DNA of 64,000 nt, from the NCBI GenBank assembly GCA_964016885.1, contig OZ024740.1, forward strand, positions 139,252,001 to 139,316,000. The letters are read 5' to 3'. Every line of letters starts with the position of its first letter. Within the stretch, counting starts at the first letter, position 1. The position numbers and the translations under genes were made by a program. The DNA comes from Eledone cirrhosa. Its lineage: Eukaryota. Below are positions 39,292 to 54,330 of this stretch, piece after piece. The notes under the pieces are model-generated. The model ran no database searches. It was not told the DNA's origin and saw nothing but the letters and a program-made list of their open reading frames with translations.

Positions 39292-40889
39292 AGTATGTAT
39301 ATATATATACATATACATATATATATACGTATATTTATACACACACATATATGTATATATGTGTATATAGTTATAAAAAAATATCATCAGCTGATACTAA
39401 AGTAAGAAAAAGAACCCATAGTAATATATATTAAGGATCAATACAGCTGACTATATACATACTGACTCCCACCCCACTCTCCCCTCACAAAAAAAAAATA
39501 AAAATAAAATAACATGGCCCATTGCCATATGGAAAGAAATTTCATTATTCATTTTGAAAGATTGAAGACAAGAAAAAATGGTGAAGTTAATTAAAGTTAG
39601 TTTCTTTTTTTATTTTTCTTATTTTTTGTTGATCATGATTTGGTTTATTTTATCATTGTTTAAAAAAAAAATTGAAGGAATTTGTAATTTGATTAGTGGA
39701 AGTTTGCGTTGGTTTTAGATATTTGTTGAATGATGTGTGTATGTTTGATAGGTTGGTAGGCTGGAATGTTTGTAGGGTGGGTGGATAGATGGGTGGTTCA
39801 CCGTTGAGTATTCATTAATAAGTCCACCTAAAAAAGAAAAAAGAAAAAAACGAATACAAAATAATAATAATGAGTATATTAATAATTCAAAAATAATATG
39901 ATAGTAATAATTATATTAATAATAATAATAATTCAAAAACACAAATTTAAAGAAAAGAAAGAAGAAATAAATAAAGGAAAGAAAATAAAGTACAATAGAA
40001 AAGTAAAAGTAAATTTGGAAGTGAAATATCCCACAATCAACACCACCACCACCACCAATAACAACAACAACAACAGCAGCAGTAGCAACAATAACACACA
40101 TGATCAGAATACTATATCCAATGTCATTGGATATTTTCTTAATTTTTTCCCTAGAAACATTCTTGACAGACCGACATCCGAGAAAGGTGATCTGATGAGA
40201 AAGCAACACCAGCAATAACAACAACGATAATCTATATGTAAGATATATGAGAATGAAAAATTATTTTTTTCTAATTTCATGAATATATTTCTTATTTAAA
40301 AAATCATAACAGCCGTTGGCATTGATTGGTGGTTAACCACTTCACTTTATATCTACGTGTTACCCGATTCAACCCCACTACGAGGCACGTTGGCAAACTG
40401 TAGACATAAACTAAAGAGATATTGATTATACCGGTATTTATTTAATCCTTTCATTACCATATTGCTAGTGAAAAAATCTGCCTGTGGTTTTAAAATAATT
40501 TTGAAAATAATAAAGAACTTGGAATGATTTAGTAATAAATACATAAGTTCCTAATTAATAAGCTGGTGTTTGGAGCATAACTTAAATATTATTAAATAAG
40601 ATTACCACGAATGTTTGTAAATAGATTATAAATATTTCAGAAAGAAAAAAAAACAGTTTCATATTTCAGATCCAAGGTTGGTTTCAGAGGATTTGGTATC
40701 AAAAGAGTTAAGGAAATTTTATTTATTTTATGTTATGTTTTATTAAAGTTATTGGATCACAGGATTCCAACTAATTTATAATTGATTTACTGTGTTTTTG
40801 TTTTCGATAATTTGAAGTGTAAGGTTAATATTTGTAATAAACATACGAAAAAGTAAATACATTGGTCAACGTAATAACCATACACTATA

Positions 40890-40935
<46 letters not shown>

Positions 40936-41041
40936 AACGTTCACACGAGATGTAAATATCCATTGATATGTTACCGGTCATAGGAGTTATTCCCTTCGCC
41001 GACCAGTAAGCAAATGTCCGAATATACGAATATATATATAT

Positions 41042-41464
41042 TAGTTATTAGGTGGGTAACTTGTAGTTACTAGCAGCGACGCTGGTTGAAGCACACGATG
41101 CTGTTACGGGGTCCGTCTCTCGTTGGGTTGTACTCCAGGTTTAAGGCGGCTGTATTTGCAGAGTGTACATATAGAGTGACAATAAGAATTGTAGCTTTTT
41201 GTAAACTTTATTAAATATTACAAATTGTTTCATATCGATCAGCTCAGGGTTGACCATGCGATCTGATCCCGACTCGGATCGACACGTCTTCAGATATGAG
41301 AGTTTGCATGGGTGGTCCCATTCAAACTGTTTGAATGTAAACTCTCATATCTGAAGAAGTGTCGATTAAGAGTCGGGATCAGATCGCATGGTCAACCCTG
41401 AGCTGATCGATATGGAAACAATTTATAATGTGTCATGAAGTTTACAAAAAGCTGCAATTCTTAT
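41042..41464 (-). mobile_element. Fold-back PLE-type mini-insertion in (TA)n with HHR (41215-41297, minus strand)
   Basis: Inverted arms at 41182-41308 and 41336-41464, unique tail at 41042-41181. Minus strand reads ATAT-CTGAAGA-CGTGTCGATC...GATCGATAT-GAAA-CAATTTG-TA-ATAT. Confidence 0.75.
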
Positions 41465-41466
41465 AT

Positions 41467-41469
<3 letters not shown>

Positions 41470-41508
<39 letters not shown>

Positions 41509-41509
41509 C

Positions 41510-41557
<48 letters not shown>

Positions 41558-41583
41558 CGTATATATATATATATATATATAAC

Positions 41584-41621
<38 letters not shown>

Positions 41622-41622
41622 C

Positions 41623-41660
<38 letters not shown>

Positions 41661-41661
41661 C

Positions 41662-41722
<61 letters not shown>

Positions 41723-41725
41723 AAC

Positions 41726-41781
<56 letters not shown>

Positions 41782-41840
41782 CGTATATATATATATTATA
41801 TATAAATAACGTATATATATATATATATATATATATATAC

Positions 41841-41914
<74 letters not shown>

Positions 41915-41915
41915 G
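41470..41915. repeat. (TA)n array punctuated by ACG
   Basis: Repeated (TA)n-ACG units. A similar (TA)n-CG array lies at 42378-42904. Confidence 0.9.
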
Positions 41916-41976
41916 TATATTTCGTTTTTGAATTTGTTTAGCAAGATTCTTTATCTGAAATCGTGTGTTGAAACCG

Positions 41977-42376
41977 ATATTGTTATACTTTGGGAGGGTC
42001 ATGTTGCCAATAAGAAACACACAGATAAATGAACACAAACACACACAGACACCCGGATGTGGCGTATGCGTAAACTGAGCACACAACACACACACAGAAA
42101 CAAAATGGCGTAGGACAGAAGAAAGGAAAGGCACAGAAACAAAGAAAGGAATCCCCAGTCACTGAAGAGGTCACAGAATGTGTGACGAAAGGACTATGAC
42201 TATATATAAACAACTATCTGGTTGTGGAACCAACCAACCAACCAACCAACCAACCAGAAATTTATAAGTTTGTGGATTTGTAAATTCATAAATTTATAAA
42301 TATATAATAAATTGAAGTGAAAGCAACTGGTGCGTGTGTTTCTTATTGGCAACATGACCCTCCCAAAGTATAACAA
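41977..42376 (+). mobile_element. PLE-type pLTR fragment with HHR (42157-42201) and inverted end copy
   Basis: AGTCA-CTGAAGA-G-GTCACA-GAATG-TGTGAC-GAAA-GGAC-TA-TGACT. 41977-42022 is the inverse of 42334-42379. The 3' end ATGACCCTCC..AAGTATAACAA is shared with ~46332-46354. Confidence 0.65.
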
Positions 42377-42560
42377 TATATACGTATATATATATATACG
42401 TATATATATATATATACGTATATATATATACGTATATATATATATATATACGTATATATATATATATACGTATATATATATACGCATATATATATATATA
42501 TATATATATACGTATATATATATACGTATATATATATACGTATATATATATATATATACG

Positions 42561-42873
<313 letters not shown>

Positions 42874-42904
42874 GTATATATATATATATATACGTATATA
42901 TATA

Positions 42905-43092
42905 AGTTTAACCCGGGTTCAATTGGCGTTAACCACAGTAAGTAAGGTACTCAATACAGAGTATACAAATTTAATAATATAGAGTATAAATATTTAATAT
43001 AGAAATGACTTCTACAGGACTAGAATTGTTTCATTCGGGAGAAATCATCAGGAACCCCGATAATTTCTCTCGAATGAAACAGTTCTAGTCCA
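42905..43092 (-). mobile_element. Short fold-back PLE-type insertion with HHR (43010-43054, minus strand)
   Basis: Minus strand reads TTC-CTGATGA-TTTCTCCCGAAT-GAAA-CAATTCTAGTCCTG-TA-GAA. Tail is homologous to 39196-39259. Inverted stub at 43057-43092. Confidence 0.7.
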
Positions 43093-43094
43093 GT

Positions 43095-43305
43095 GAAGAT
43101 GTGTGGCTGAGTGGTTTGAGAATTGGATTCACAATCTTGACTTTGTGAGTTCGATTCCTGCACCGGGCGTTGCGTTATGTCTTTGAGCAAGACATTTTAT
43201 TTCACGTTGCTCCTTCTACCTGGAGTTGCGACCGACAGATAGTACTAGCAACTGGAAAGACCGACGAAAACATTGTTTAGTCGGTCTGATTTGACGAAAG
43301 TCAAT
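43095..43305 (+). mobile_element. CORE-like SINE, family B
   Basis: A box TGGCTGAGTGG, B box GAGTTCGATTCC, and body TGTCTTTGAGCAAGACATTTTATTTCACGTTGCTC. Confidence 0.65.
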
Positions 43306-43555
43306 CGATATATACATATATGTATATGTGTATATATATGTATATATATATATATAATCTATATATATTATATTATATATATATATATTATATATATATA
43401 TATATATACACTGAGTTCTGTGTCCTTCGTTTGTATATCAATTTTTACAAAATAATCTTTTAAGAATTTCCCTTAAAAAATTATTTCTCGTTTTGTTTGG
43501 CTTCCGTTCGTTGTCTTGTCCTTTGCTAATTTTCTTAAGTATATATATATATAAT

Positions 43556-43648
43556 AATTGTTTCTACTATTGGCACAAGGCCAGCAATTAGTCAGTACAT
43601 TACTGGTACTTTATTTTATTGACCCTGTAAGGATGAAAGGCAAAGTTT
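43556..43648 (-). mobile_element. Family A SINE 3' half
   Basis: TTGTTTCTACT...GGCACAAGGCCAGCAATT...GGATGAAAGGCAAAG. Confidence 0.8.
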
Positions 43649-43654
43649 ATTGGT

Positions 43655-43735
43655 TGCTGACGCGCGTTTCGCTACTGATCAGCTCAAGGTTCTAACTGTA
43701 TCGATCTAGCCCGACTCTAAAAGCTCGTCGGACCT
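43655..43735 (-). ncRNA. Degenerate HHR motif with stem II insertion
   Basis: Minus strand reads CCGACGA-GCT...AGC-GAAA-CGCGCG-TC. The insert resembles that of the 41215-41297 motif. Stem I pairs poorly. Confidence 0.5.
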
Positions 43736-44200
43736 ATGTTGTAGTAATAGCTCTACATATCGATACTGACGTGAACCTAAACATCGAGTGCACTCCCTGG
43801 ATATATATATATATGTATATATATATATAAATGGGTTACACCCATGTATAGAAAACGAGATCAATAAATTTTTTAGGCATTTTGTGTCCACTGATAGAAT
43901 ATTAAGCTAATGTTAAGCTATTTATATAAGATGTACAAATTCGGACAGAATTAAAGAGATTTGTGTAATGTATATACCATTTTATGTCCTGAAAACGCGG
44001 ATTAATTAATCTAGAGCGCATTAACCAGTTATACATATATGTGCGTATGTCATGTATGTATGTATGTATGTATGTATGTATGTATGTATGTATGTATGTA
44101 TGTATGTATGTATGTATATATATATATATATATATATATAAATATATATGTGTGTATGAGTGTGTGTGCGTGTGTTTATGTATATATATATATATATACA

Positions 44201-44293
44201 CAGGATGTACCACAAAAATGTATACACATTTCAGTAGCATTCTAATAAATATTGTCTGTTCTGGTAATCAAAGTATGTATACATTTTGGGGGG

Positions 44294-44300
<7 letters not shown>
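44201..44300. mobile_element. ~100-bp Tc1/mariner-like MITE
   Basis: Imperfect terminal inverted repeats CAGGATGTACCACAAAAATGTATAC / GTATACATTTTGGGGGGTACCCTA inside (TA)n. Confidence 0.55.
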
Positions 44301-44364
<64 letters not shown>

Positions 44365-44370
44365 CATATT

Positions 44371-44458
<88 letters not shown>

Positions 44459-44464
44459 CATATT

Positions 44465-44552
<88 letters not shown>

Positions 44553-44577
44553 CATACATACATATATACATACATAC

Positions 44578-44616
<39 letters not shown>

Positions 44617-44896
44617 GCACACACACACATATATATATATAACCAAAGATTAATATGGTTCATTGATTACTCAATGAATATAGTTTTACAATAGATTAAA
44701 ACTTCTCTGGTGTTATTATTATTCAGAATTATTTTTATTCAGAATAATAATAAATGAAGACATTCACCTAATCAAAATATATGTTTTATTATATATATTT
44801 CGAAGGTACTGTGCTGTTTTTTCAGTACGTCCTCGTTAGTTAAAATACATGAATTGATCTATGACATACCTCAACGGTCTTGATGGTTCAATTCCA

Positions 44897-45022
<126 letters not shown>

Positions 45023-45541
45023 GCCTGTGCGTATGGGTGCAATCATAAACACAAATATATAAACGCACACACATATTTACTATTTATTTCCAAAGCGCGC
45101 ATTTTCTGTTTTGTTAAATTTCCACCTCAAGAGTTCTTGTTATCACTATCAAAACAATATATTCGACTTAATTCATGGTTGTTATTCGCCTATTAATAAA
45201 ATTTTCACGATACCTATGACAGCAAAATCTGCAATTTTCTTCATAATCTGCACTAGTTTGGTCGTACGATTATAATTAGCAAATTTACGTGTTAACACAC
45301 AATTCGTTTGAGGGCAGACAGACAATCTGTGGATATTTCGTCGTTTTTCTTTTCTTTTATTCAGGGATGTTTATTTATAATTAAATTATTATCCATCATG
45401 TTATAATTATAATTGTGTTATATTTAACATAACAGTCGGTATGTCAGCTTGCCAAACCTATAAACCTATATGTGTGCATGTATATAAGTCTCTCTTTCTC
45501 TGTTTTATTTCTCCCTCCGCACTCTCTTTCTGTCTGTATAG

Positions 45542-45788
<247 letters not shown>

Positions 45789-45939
45789 TATATATATATA
45801 TATATATATATTTTTATATATATATATATATATATTTATATATTGGTAAACGGAATAGAAAATGCTGACAAATTGTTCACAGTTGAAAAATGGTTTAATT
45901 AGGAAAAAAAGAGTATTAGTAATTGTATGGGTTAGTATG

Positions 45940-45977
<38 letters not shown>

Positions 45978-46007
45978 TATGTATATATATATATATATAT
46001 ATACATG

Positions 46008-46039
<32 letters not shown>

Positions 46040-46079
46040 CATATGTATATATATATATACGTAATGTAATATATATATA

Positions 46080-46354
46080 CGTAATGCAACGGGAGGAAAC
46101 AATAGCACCACTGACGATGTTGCAGATGTGCAACGAAAGAACTTTGATAAACTATATATATGTGTTTGTGTCTATATTGTATCTGTATTATTTTTGACCG
46201 TTGGTCAGTCAATGGCAACATTGAGGACCGAATAAATTAGGTTACCGATATAAAAGACACAGAAGCGAAAAGCGAAAACCAACCAAACAGTGAGTGTGTT
46301 CTGTTATTAATTCTGGCAATATTACACAAATATGACCCTCCTCAAGTATAACAA
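46080..46354 (+). mobile_element. PLE-type pLTR fragment with HHR core (46111-46144)
   Basis: CTGACGA-T-GTTGCA-GATG-TGCAAC-GAAA-GAAC-TT. The 3' end matches the 41977-42376 family. Flanked by TA-rich repeats. Confidence 0.6.
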
Positions 46355-46535
46355 TATATATATATATATATATATATAAATATACATACATATATGTATA
46401 TATACGTATATATACATACATATACATATATATATACATATATATGTATATATATATATGTATATATATATATGTGTGTATATATATATATATATGTGTA
46501 TATATATATACATATGTATATATATATATATAAGT

Positions 46536-46579
<44 letters not shown>

Positions 46580-47326
46580 CAATTATAAGTGTGAACAAAT
46601 AGACAAAAATATGCCTAATTTTTCTTAAAACTGATATATTCGGCTTACGTACATTGTTTAGATATTATATATATGATCATTTATTCAAAAGCATATATAG
46701 GCTCTCACACAGTACCTACTAGTGCTTAGTACCTACTAGTGCTTGGCTGTTTCAAACCAAAATGTGTATTTTCTGTTTAGTTTAATTCCCATCCTCAGAT
46801 TGTTTGTTATCTCAATTAAACCAATATGTACTACTTACTTCTTTGTCGCTCACTTCTAATAAATTATTCTTAATATATATAATAGCAATGTCTGCAATTT
46901 TCTCCATAATCTACCCTACTTAGGTCGTACGATTATAATTAGTTAACAAGTTGACTTATTAACACAATATGTCTTATATTTGATAGATATTTAATATTTA
47001 TTCAGTTGTGTATTTATATAATTATTAACTATTATGTTATAATTATAACTTTGCTATTTTTAACACGGTTCGTTGGACAAACATTGCACCGAGTCAGCTT
47101 GACATATATTTGTGTGTATGTATGTTCTTCCGTGAGTATGTGTATGTCCCTCTGTGTCTATATTTCTTGTCCTGTATGTGCATCTCGATAGATGCATCTA
47201 ATTGCATGTATATATGGGCGTTTCTCTGTACGTATGTGTGTTCATTTTGGAATAAATACATTATATGATGCGATTGAGTGTGCGCATTTATATGTATACA
47301 TGCAATTAAGATGTATATATGTGTAA

Positions 47327-47372
<46 letters not shown>

Positions 47373-47759
47373 ATTCTTATACTTTTTGATGGTTTTATTC
47401 ATTTGACTACGGATATGCCATAACACCGCCATATCCACGCTAGTGTTCATTTTTCATGTCTGATATTTTATCGATCTGGTTTTGTCGAACAACTAAGTTA
47501 TGACACACACTGGTGCATATGTACCATAACTTAGGATCAATAAAATAATATCAGACGAAAACAAAACAAAACTTAAGTGAAATTACATGTTGCGGCAAAT
47601 GCGCATAGAACTAAAAATTCATGATGTTTATTCGACAAAACAATAAGGAAATTGAGAATAGAAGACAAAGAAAAGAAATAAAATGAAAAAAGAAAATTAA
47701 CAATGAATGGAAGGCAAGGGGCGGAGGGGGCGACAGGCTCTACACCCCAGTCTGAATGG

Positions 47760-48505
47760 TATCTGCCAGCTGCGTCGTGCAGACAAAATAGTGAAGGCTA
47801 CAGAAATCGGCTAGCGACACCCGCTGCAACAGCCACTCCGCCTCACGGAGGGATACGACTTTTTTTTGAATTTTGCAAAATAAAATGGCAGTGAAGAGAC
47901 CTAGGTCAACCAGCATAAAAGGAAAGCGGTCGATCAAACCCAATTTCCTCTCTTCTGCACTGCGGGCGGTAGTGCCAGGATTTGCAGCCGAAGCGACAAA
48001 GTTGAAGGCGGCGAACGAGTGAGAGCATCCCAGATTACGGATTTACTTATTTCGAATGGGAAGAGAGTTATCCCGTCTGGGTGCTTACTATTGCCATGAT
48101 CGCGGCCATATGGCTCCAATTGTTATGGGAAACCATTCGCATCGAGGATCCTTCGGATTATGTCATTCAGAGCTGCGTGTCAGGAAACGGCCCTACATTA
48201 AGGCAACAGGGTAGCGGGTGCAGACCTAACTCCTTATCAACAGCAGCATATGTGTGGCTCACACACAGGGTGGCCGAGGCACTGGATCACTCCGATGCTA
48301 GTGCACTCATCATTTAGAAGGGTAACTATTGATGAGGGGTGCACCGAATTGAACCACGCGCCGTTGTTTTTCTGCGTGAGGGAACAGAGGTAGATGAAAT
48401 GGCGTTGGTCCAAGGAAGGCTCAATCCGCTTGAAGGTTGACCTGCACAAGATAGAGCGCCGGATGCGTGTCATTGAGGCGCAGTCACTCCGTCATCCTCG
48501 TCCTA
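47760..48505 (-). mobile_element. Decayed CRE-like non-LTR retrotransposon 3' region (zinc knuckle plus RLE)
   Basis: Minus-strand frames give GAWFNSVHPSSIVTLL...LGHPVCEPHICCC and MEPYGRDHGNSKHPDGITLFPF...VIWDA. These match the EP...DGKRPDG.TL.PW...WDAT pattern of CRE-type RLEs. Confidence 0.7.
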
Positions 48506-48583
48506 TCAACATACTTGCTCTCTACCGAGACGAAAGAACGTGACAATAGTTACGTGATACAAGACGATATATGGTCGCGGTAA

Positions 48584-48625
<42 letters not shown>

Positions 48626-48939
48626 GCTAATACTGTTGTGCTTATCCGTAAGATGTGTGACGTCTCGCTTATAAACAGGTGTGAAAAGGCAAGAGCACTC
48701 ACTCCAGTCGTATTTATCCAGCACAAAGGAGGCGATTAAACGCAACGGTCATTTCATGTAAGAAATAAACGTAAAGAGAGATGTAACATAATTGTATTTA
48801 TTGAATTATACGTATTTCAGTGACACCAATCGTCGTTATAAATGCAATCATTACAACAGCAACCGACACCGGTGTGACATCATCAACTGTTAACGCTATT
48901 ATGTGAGTGAGTTGATAAAGCAATAACAATAATAATAAT

Positions 48940-49128
48940 AATTGTTTCTATTTTTGGCTCAAGGCCAGCAATTACCCAGTACATTACTGGTACTTTATTT
49001 TATCGACCCCGTAAGGATGAAAGGCAAAGTTAACCTCGGTGGGATTTGAACTCAGATCATAAAGGGACATAACTCTATGCTTCAAAGCATGGTGTCCGAC
49101 TCTCTACCGCTACTGCCAATCCCCGCCC
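48940..49128 (-). mobile_element. Family A SINE in an (AAT)n tract
   Basis: Full-length diagnostic motifs on the minus strand. Confidence 0.9.
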
Positions 49129-49728
49129 TAAATAATAATAATGATATCAATATTAATACTGAGAATAATAACAATAGCAATGGTAATAATAATGATAATA
49201 ATAAGAACGATAGAATGATGATTTAATACATCTAGATAAAAATAGTGCTAATGATAAAGATTCTTATAGTGTATGAATTCCAATGGGGATTGATAGGAGA
49301 AAAACATTCAGAATGGATAAAGAAAATAGAGAAAGCAGGAAATAATAGAAATATACGGTTATTTAGGAGTATATTGAGGGTATTAAAGGAGTGTATGGAG
49401 CTTTTATTCTAAAAATTTATGGCCTGAAAAATTTATAGTCTAAAAATGTTTTCGCATAAACATTTTTTTATGTGTCACATAATAAATATTTATATATTTT
49501 TTATGCGCCTCTTTAAGCCGTATCATAATGTTGGGGAACATTTCAAATATACATAGAGAGGGGCTTAGAACGTACATGTAAAAGCATGGATATGGAGTGT
49601 GCTTATAGGACGAGCGATCGGTTGTGGAATGATTGTGTGAATCGAACGGAAAACAATAAAATACGATTATGTAACATCTGTCTTAGCGTTTATTTCATAT
49701 ATATATATATAAAATTAGAATTTATATT

Positions 49729-50383
<655 letters not shown>

Positions 50384-50387
<4 letters not shown>

Positions 50388-50788
50388 AATGAATATATGA
50401 TAGGGATAAACACTAATACAAGTATATAAGTGTTTGTATTGCAAATGACCAAGTTAGCTAGATTGAAAAATACTAATTAAATTAATACAGTTTGCCTGTA
50501 TTTGTTGCGAAACAAATTTAAGATTTGAAATTTAAATTTGTCCGGGTATCACGGCTATTGCCAATATAGGTTTGTTTTTATTGATTTATTATTTTAAATC
50601 GAGACAGGCAAACTGTATTAATTTAATTAGTATTTTTCAATCTAGCTAACTTGGTCATTTGCAATACGAACACATGTATACTTGTATCAGTGTTTATCCC
50701 TATCATATATTCATTTGTATTACACGGCTCAGAAATATCCCTTTCTTTGAGCTATTTAATTGTAAAAGACTGTTTGAGTTTATAACTC
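50384..50788 (+). mobile_element. Fold-back mini-insertion in (TA)n
   Basis: Inverted arms at 50384-50499 and 50604-50719, unique tail at 50720-50788. No HHR core recognised. Confidence 0.65.
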
Positions 50789-50869
<81 letters not shown>

Positions 50870-50875
50870 TATATA

Positions 50876-51023
50876 TAGGAAAAGAGTCAGAAATAGCCGT
50901 CGAAAGGCTTGAACTCTGCCGTCGGGTTCCTGACTCTTTTCCTATTACCCACTCTACTACCCAAAGTATCGATTACTCTAGTGCGTTATTGTCCACCTGG
51001 TTCCTTACCACACTTCCTTCGTT
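50876..51023 (+). mobile_element. Mini-insertion of the 10455-10864 family
   Basis: AGAAATAGCCGTCGAAA...GCCGTCGGG...CCTATTACCCAC...CTGGTTCCTTAC...CCTTCGTT. A 15-bp inverted stub at 50876-50890 pairs with 50930-50944. Confidence 0.75.
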
Positions 51024-51025
51024 AT

Positions 51026-51146
<121 letters not shown>

Positions 51147-51525
51147 TGGTGAGCATTATTACACTAAAGTTTCACCTGCGCACTCACAGGATCACTAGTC
51201 TTGTCTGGTGAGTACGCAGGTGAGACTCCAGAGTAACAACACTTAGCCATAATAAATGAATATATAAACTTTACTTCGGTATTGAGTTTTCGTTCTTACG
51301 TCCGTCAATAATTCACGTACTCTCATGTCTTGAATAATCGTCCCCACCCCCGCTTATTAATTTATTAGACCCCCCCCCCCCCCCCATCGGGTTTTATTCC
51401 ACCCCACCCCATCCGCTTATTAAATTTTGTTAATCTATCTCCGGCGAAATGTTATTGTAAGTGATTCATATTGAAAAGCTGGATATAATTAATGGGGTAG
51501 ACCCCCCCCCCCATTTCCAACGCTC

Positions 51526-51585
<60 letters not shown>

Positions 51586-51917
51586 GAAAAGTATAGAAAT
51601 TGTTGTAGCGAGAAGCTAACAGTATTCCATAACATGTAAGTGACTATAGCGTCAAAATGGGAAAATAGTTAACATAAGATATGAGAAAAATAATTCAGAC
51701 ACAATTCAAAAGGAATCAGGATATAGATTTATCCAACAGAATTTAGAGAAATCCAGGGAAAAATCAATAGAGCCTTAACTCATGATTAAACAAAGTCTAA
51801 AGTACAAAGTCTAAGTATATATATATATATATATATTCTTCCTACCCACTTTTCTGCTAATGAAGGGCTTATGCCCGAAACGTCCCCCCCCATCTCAAGC
51901 ATGAAACTAATAATAAT

Positions 51918-52076
51918 TGTTTCTACTTTAGGCACAAGGCCAGCAATTATCCGGTACATTACTGGTACTTTATTTTATCGACCACGTAAGGATGAAAGGC
52001 AAAGTTAACTTCGGCGGGATTTGAACTCAGACTGTAAAGGGACGTAACTATGCTGGAAAGCATGGCGTCCGACTCT
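51918..52076 (-). mobile_element. 5'-truncated family A SINE inserted in the pLTR
   Basis: 13-bp TSD AACTAATAATAAT at 51905-51917 and 52077-52089. The empty site is visible in the 3' pLTR near 55109. Confidence 0.92.
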
Positions 52077-52514
52077 AACTAATAATAATATCATTTGTAC
52101 TGCCTCTTCGTTTTTCTGTTTTTTGTTCTCTGTATACTTAAAAAAAAACTATATTATACACGCTTACACGGCTTCCACACCACCCTGGAGTACCACCTTG
52201 ACCACCGGCTCAACCACGATTTAATCCGCCGTAACCAACCTCTGGACTTCTTTCCCCAAACTCTCCCTCAAAACCTTTTCTGTCCTTGTTTAATTATTTC
52301 CTATTCTATTGTATTATTTCTTGATTATGTTATTTTATTTTATTTTATTTGTTTATTTCTGCTTAGGAATTTTTGTCTATGATTTTTTGTTTATATTTTC
52401 ACCTCTTTATGATAATTTTGTTTTCATTTTTCCCTCCCCCATCTCTGTTTATCCTATTCGCACTTACCCCTTTCGTTCCACCTTACCCCCCGCACCACAC
52501 ACTTCACACCCACC

Positions 52515-54330
52515 ATGCCAAGCCTAAAATCCTTTCTCCACCAACTCCACACCCGCCTTAATCATTTCCTCACCCCCTCCTCCAACCCTGCTATCTCCCT
52601 TCGGCCCTCCAACTCTCCTACCTTCTCTTCGCCAAAACCCGGCATTCCAGCCACATCCATTTCCTCAGCCGCTGCCTCAACCACAACCTCTTCTCCTACC
52701 TCACCTCCACCAAAGCCCTTAGGCTACACTCACTCCTCCCCACTACCACGTTCCCCAGACCCCTTTCTCGCCCTGGGCCGACGACCATCGTCTTGGACGC
52801 CGGCATCCGGGCAATTTTAGCCCCTGGACACGTTCGTCGACGCCTGCCGTAGCGCAGTAAACCGCTTCGACTTCCGCCACCGTTCCAAACGGCATAACAT
52901 CACACGGGGTCAACTCCGCGCTCTCCGCTCCCTCCGTAGCCGGGATGACATCGTCATCAAACCGGCGGACAAGGGAGTTGCCGTGGTGGTGTGGCGCGCT
53001 GACCTCTACACGGCTGAAGCCCCCAGGAAGCTCCGTAACCCCCTATTTTACCGACCTCTACCCTCCGACCCCACACCCCTCTACCAACAACAAGTTTCTT
53101 CCACCATCCAAGTCCTCGTCTCCACCTCCCTCCTCCCTCCCACCGCTTCCCACTTAATCGTCCGCACCCCTTCACCCCCTCTATCTACTGCCTCCCCAAA
53201 CTCCACAAACCCGACAACCCAGGCCGGCCCATCGTCCCCGCTTGCAACTGACCCCACAGAACTCATCTCCGCCTTTCTTGACTCCATCCTCGCCCTCCTA
53301 GTCACCACCCTCCCCTCCCACATCTTCGACTCCCTCACTTTCCCACCCTGGCCCACACCCCCTCTTCTTCAGCCTAGATATTAAGGCCCTCTACATAGTC
53401 ATTCCCCACGTCGACGGCCTACGTGCCCTCCGGCACTACCTCGACATTCACCCCTACCCATCCCCCCACCACCCTCCTTCGCCTCGCCGAGCTGGTCCTC
53501 ACCCTCAACTGCTTCTCCTTCTCGGGTGAGTTTTACCAACAGATCACTGGGGTAGCCATAGGCACAAGAATGGGCCCAAACTATGCCAACCTTTTCGTTG
53601 GCCATGTTGAGGCCCAAATCTTTTCCCAGTACACCGGCCCCACGCCCGAACTGTACGGTCGTTACATCGACGACTGCATCGGAGCCACGACCCTCACCCG
53701 AGAACAGCTCAACTCATTTCTCTCCTTCTTCTGCTCCTTCCACCCCTCCCTACACTTCACCACCTCTATCTCCACCACCCACGTCCACTTCTTAGACATC
53801 TCCATCGCCTTCGACCCCTCCCACCACTCCCTCGTCACCTCCGCCTTCTTCAAACCCACTGACTCCCACTCCTACCTCGACTTCACCTCCTCCCACCCTA
53901 CACACACAAAACACTTCATTCCCTACTCCCAACTCCTCCGGATCCGCCGCCTCTGCAGCCGAGATGCTGACTTCGAGTCCCAGGCCCTTTCTCTAGTCAG
54001 CCATTTTATCCGGAGAGGTTACCCCCCACCTCTAACGTCGATGGACTTCGCTGGCGGATCGGTTCACGGAGCACCTCCACGATATTCGTCTCGGCGGGAG
54101 TTCCACCATCGCCCGCCACTTTGGCTACCCTGGACATTCCGCCCACCACCCTGGCGTACCACCTTGACCACCGGCTCAACCACGATTTAATCCGCCGTAA
54201 CCAACCTCTGGACTTCTTTCCCCAAATTCTGTGACCTGATCCAATGCCATGGGACGCCCGCCACCCGCCTTACGGTCGAGCAACACACCATCTTCACCCT
54301 ACAGACACACACAGCCCCCCTTCCTGAACT
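52515..54330 (+). pseudogene. Frameshifted PLE reverse transcriptase plus partial GIY-YIG endonuclease
   Basis: RT motifs DIVIKPADKG, LPKLHKP..PGRPIV, LDIKALY..IPH, NCFSFSGEFYQQITGVAIGTRMGPNYANLF, RYIDD, FLD, KPTDSHSYL and IPYSQLLRIRRLCS. Endonuclease remnants LADRFTEHLHDI...ARHF and EQHTIFTL. Confidence 0.9.

Noticed and set aside
39898-40218. 106-aa ORF as a host gene
   Set aside because: It is dominated by low-complexity K/N/T/S runs with no recognisable domain.
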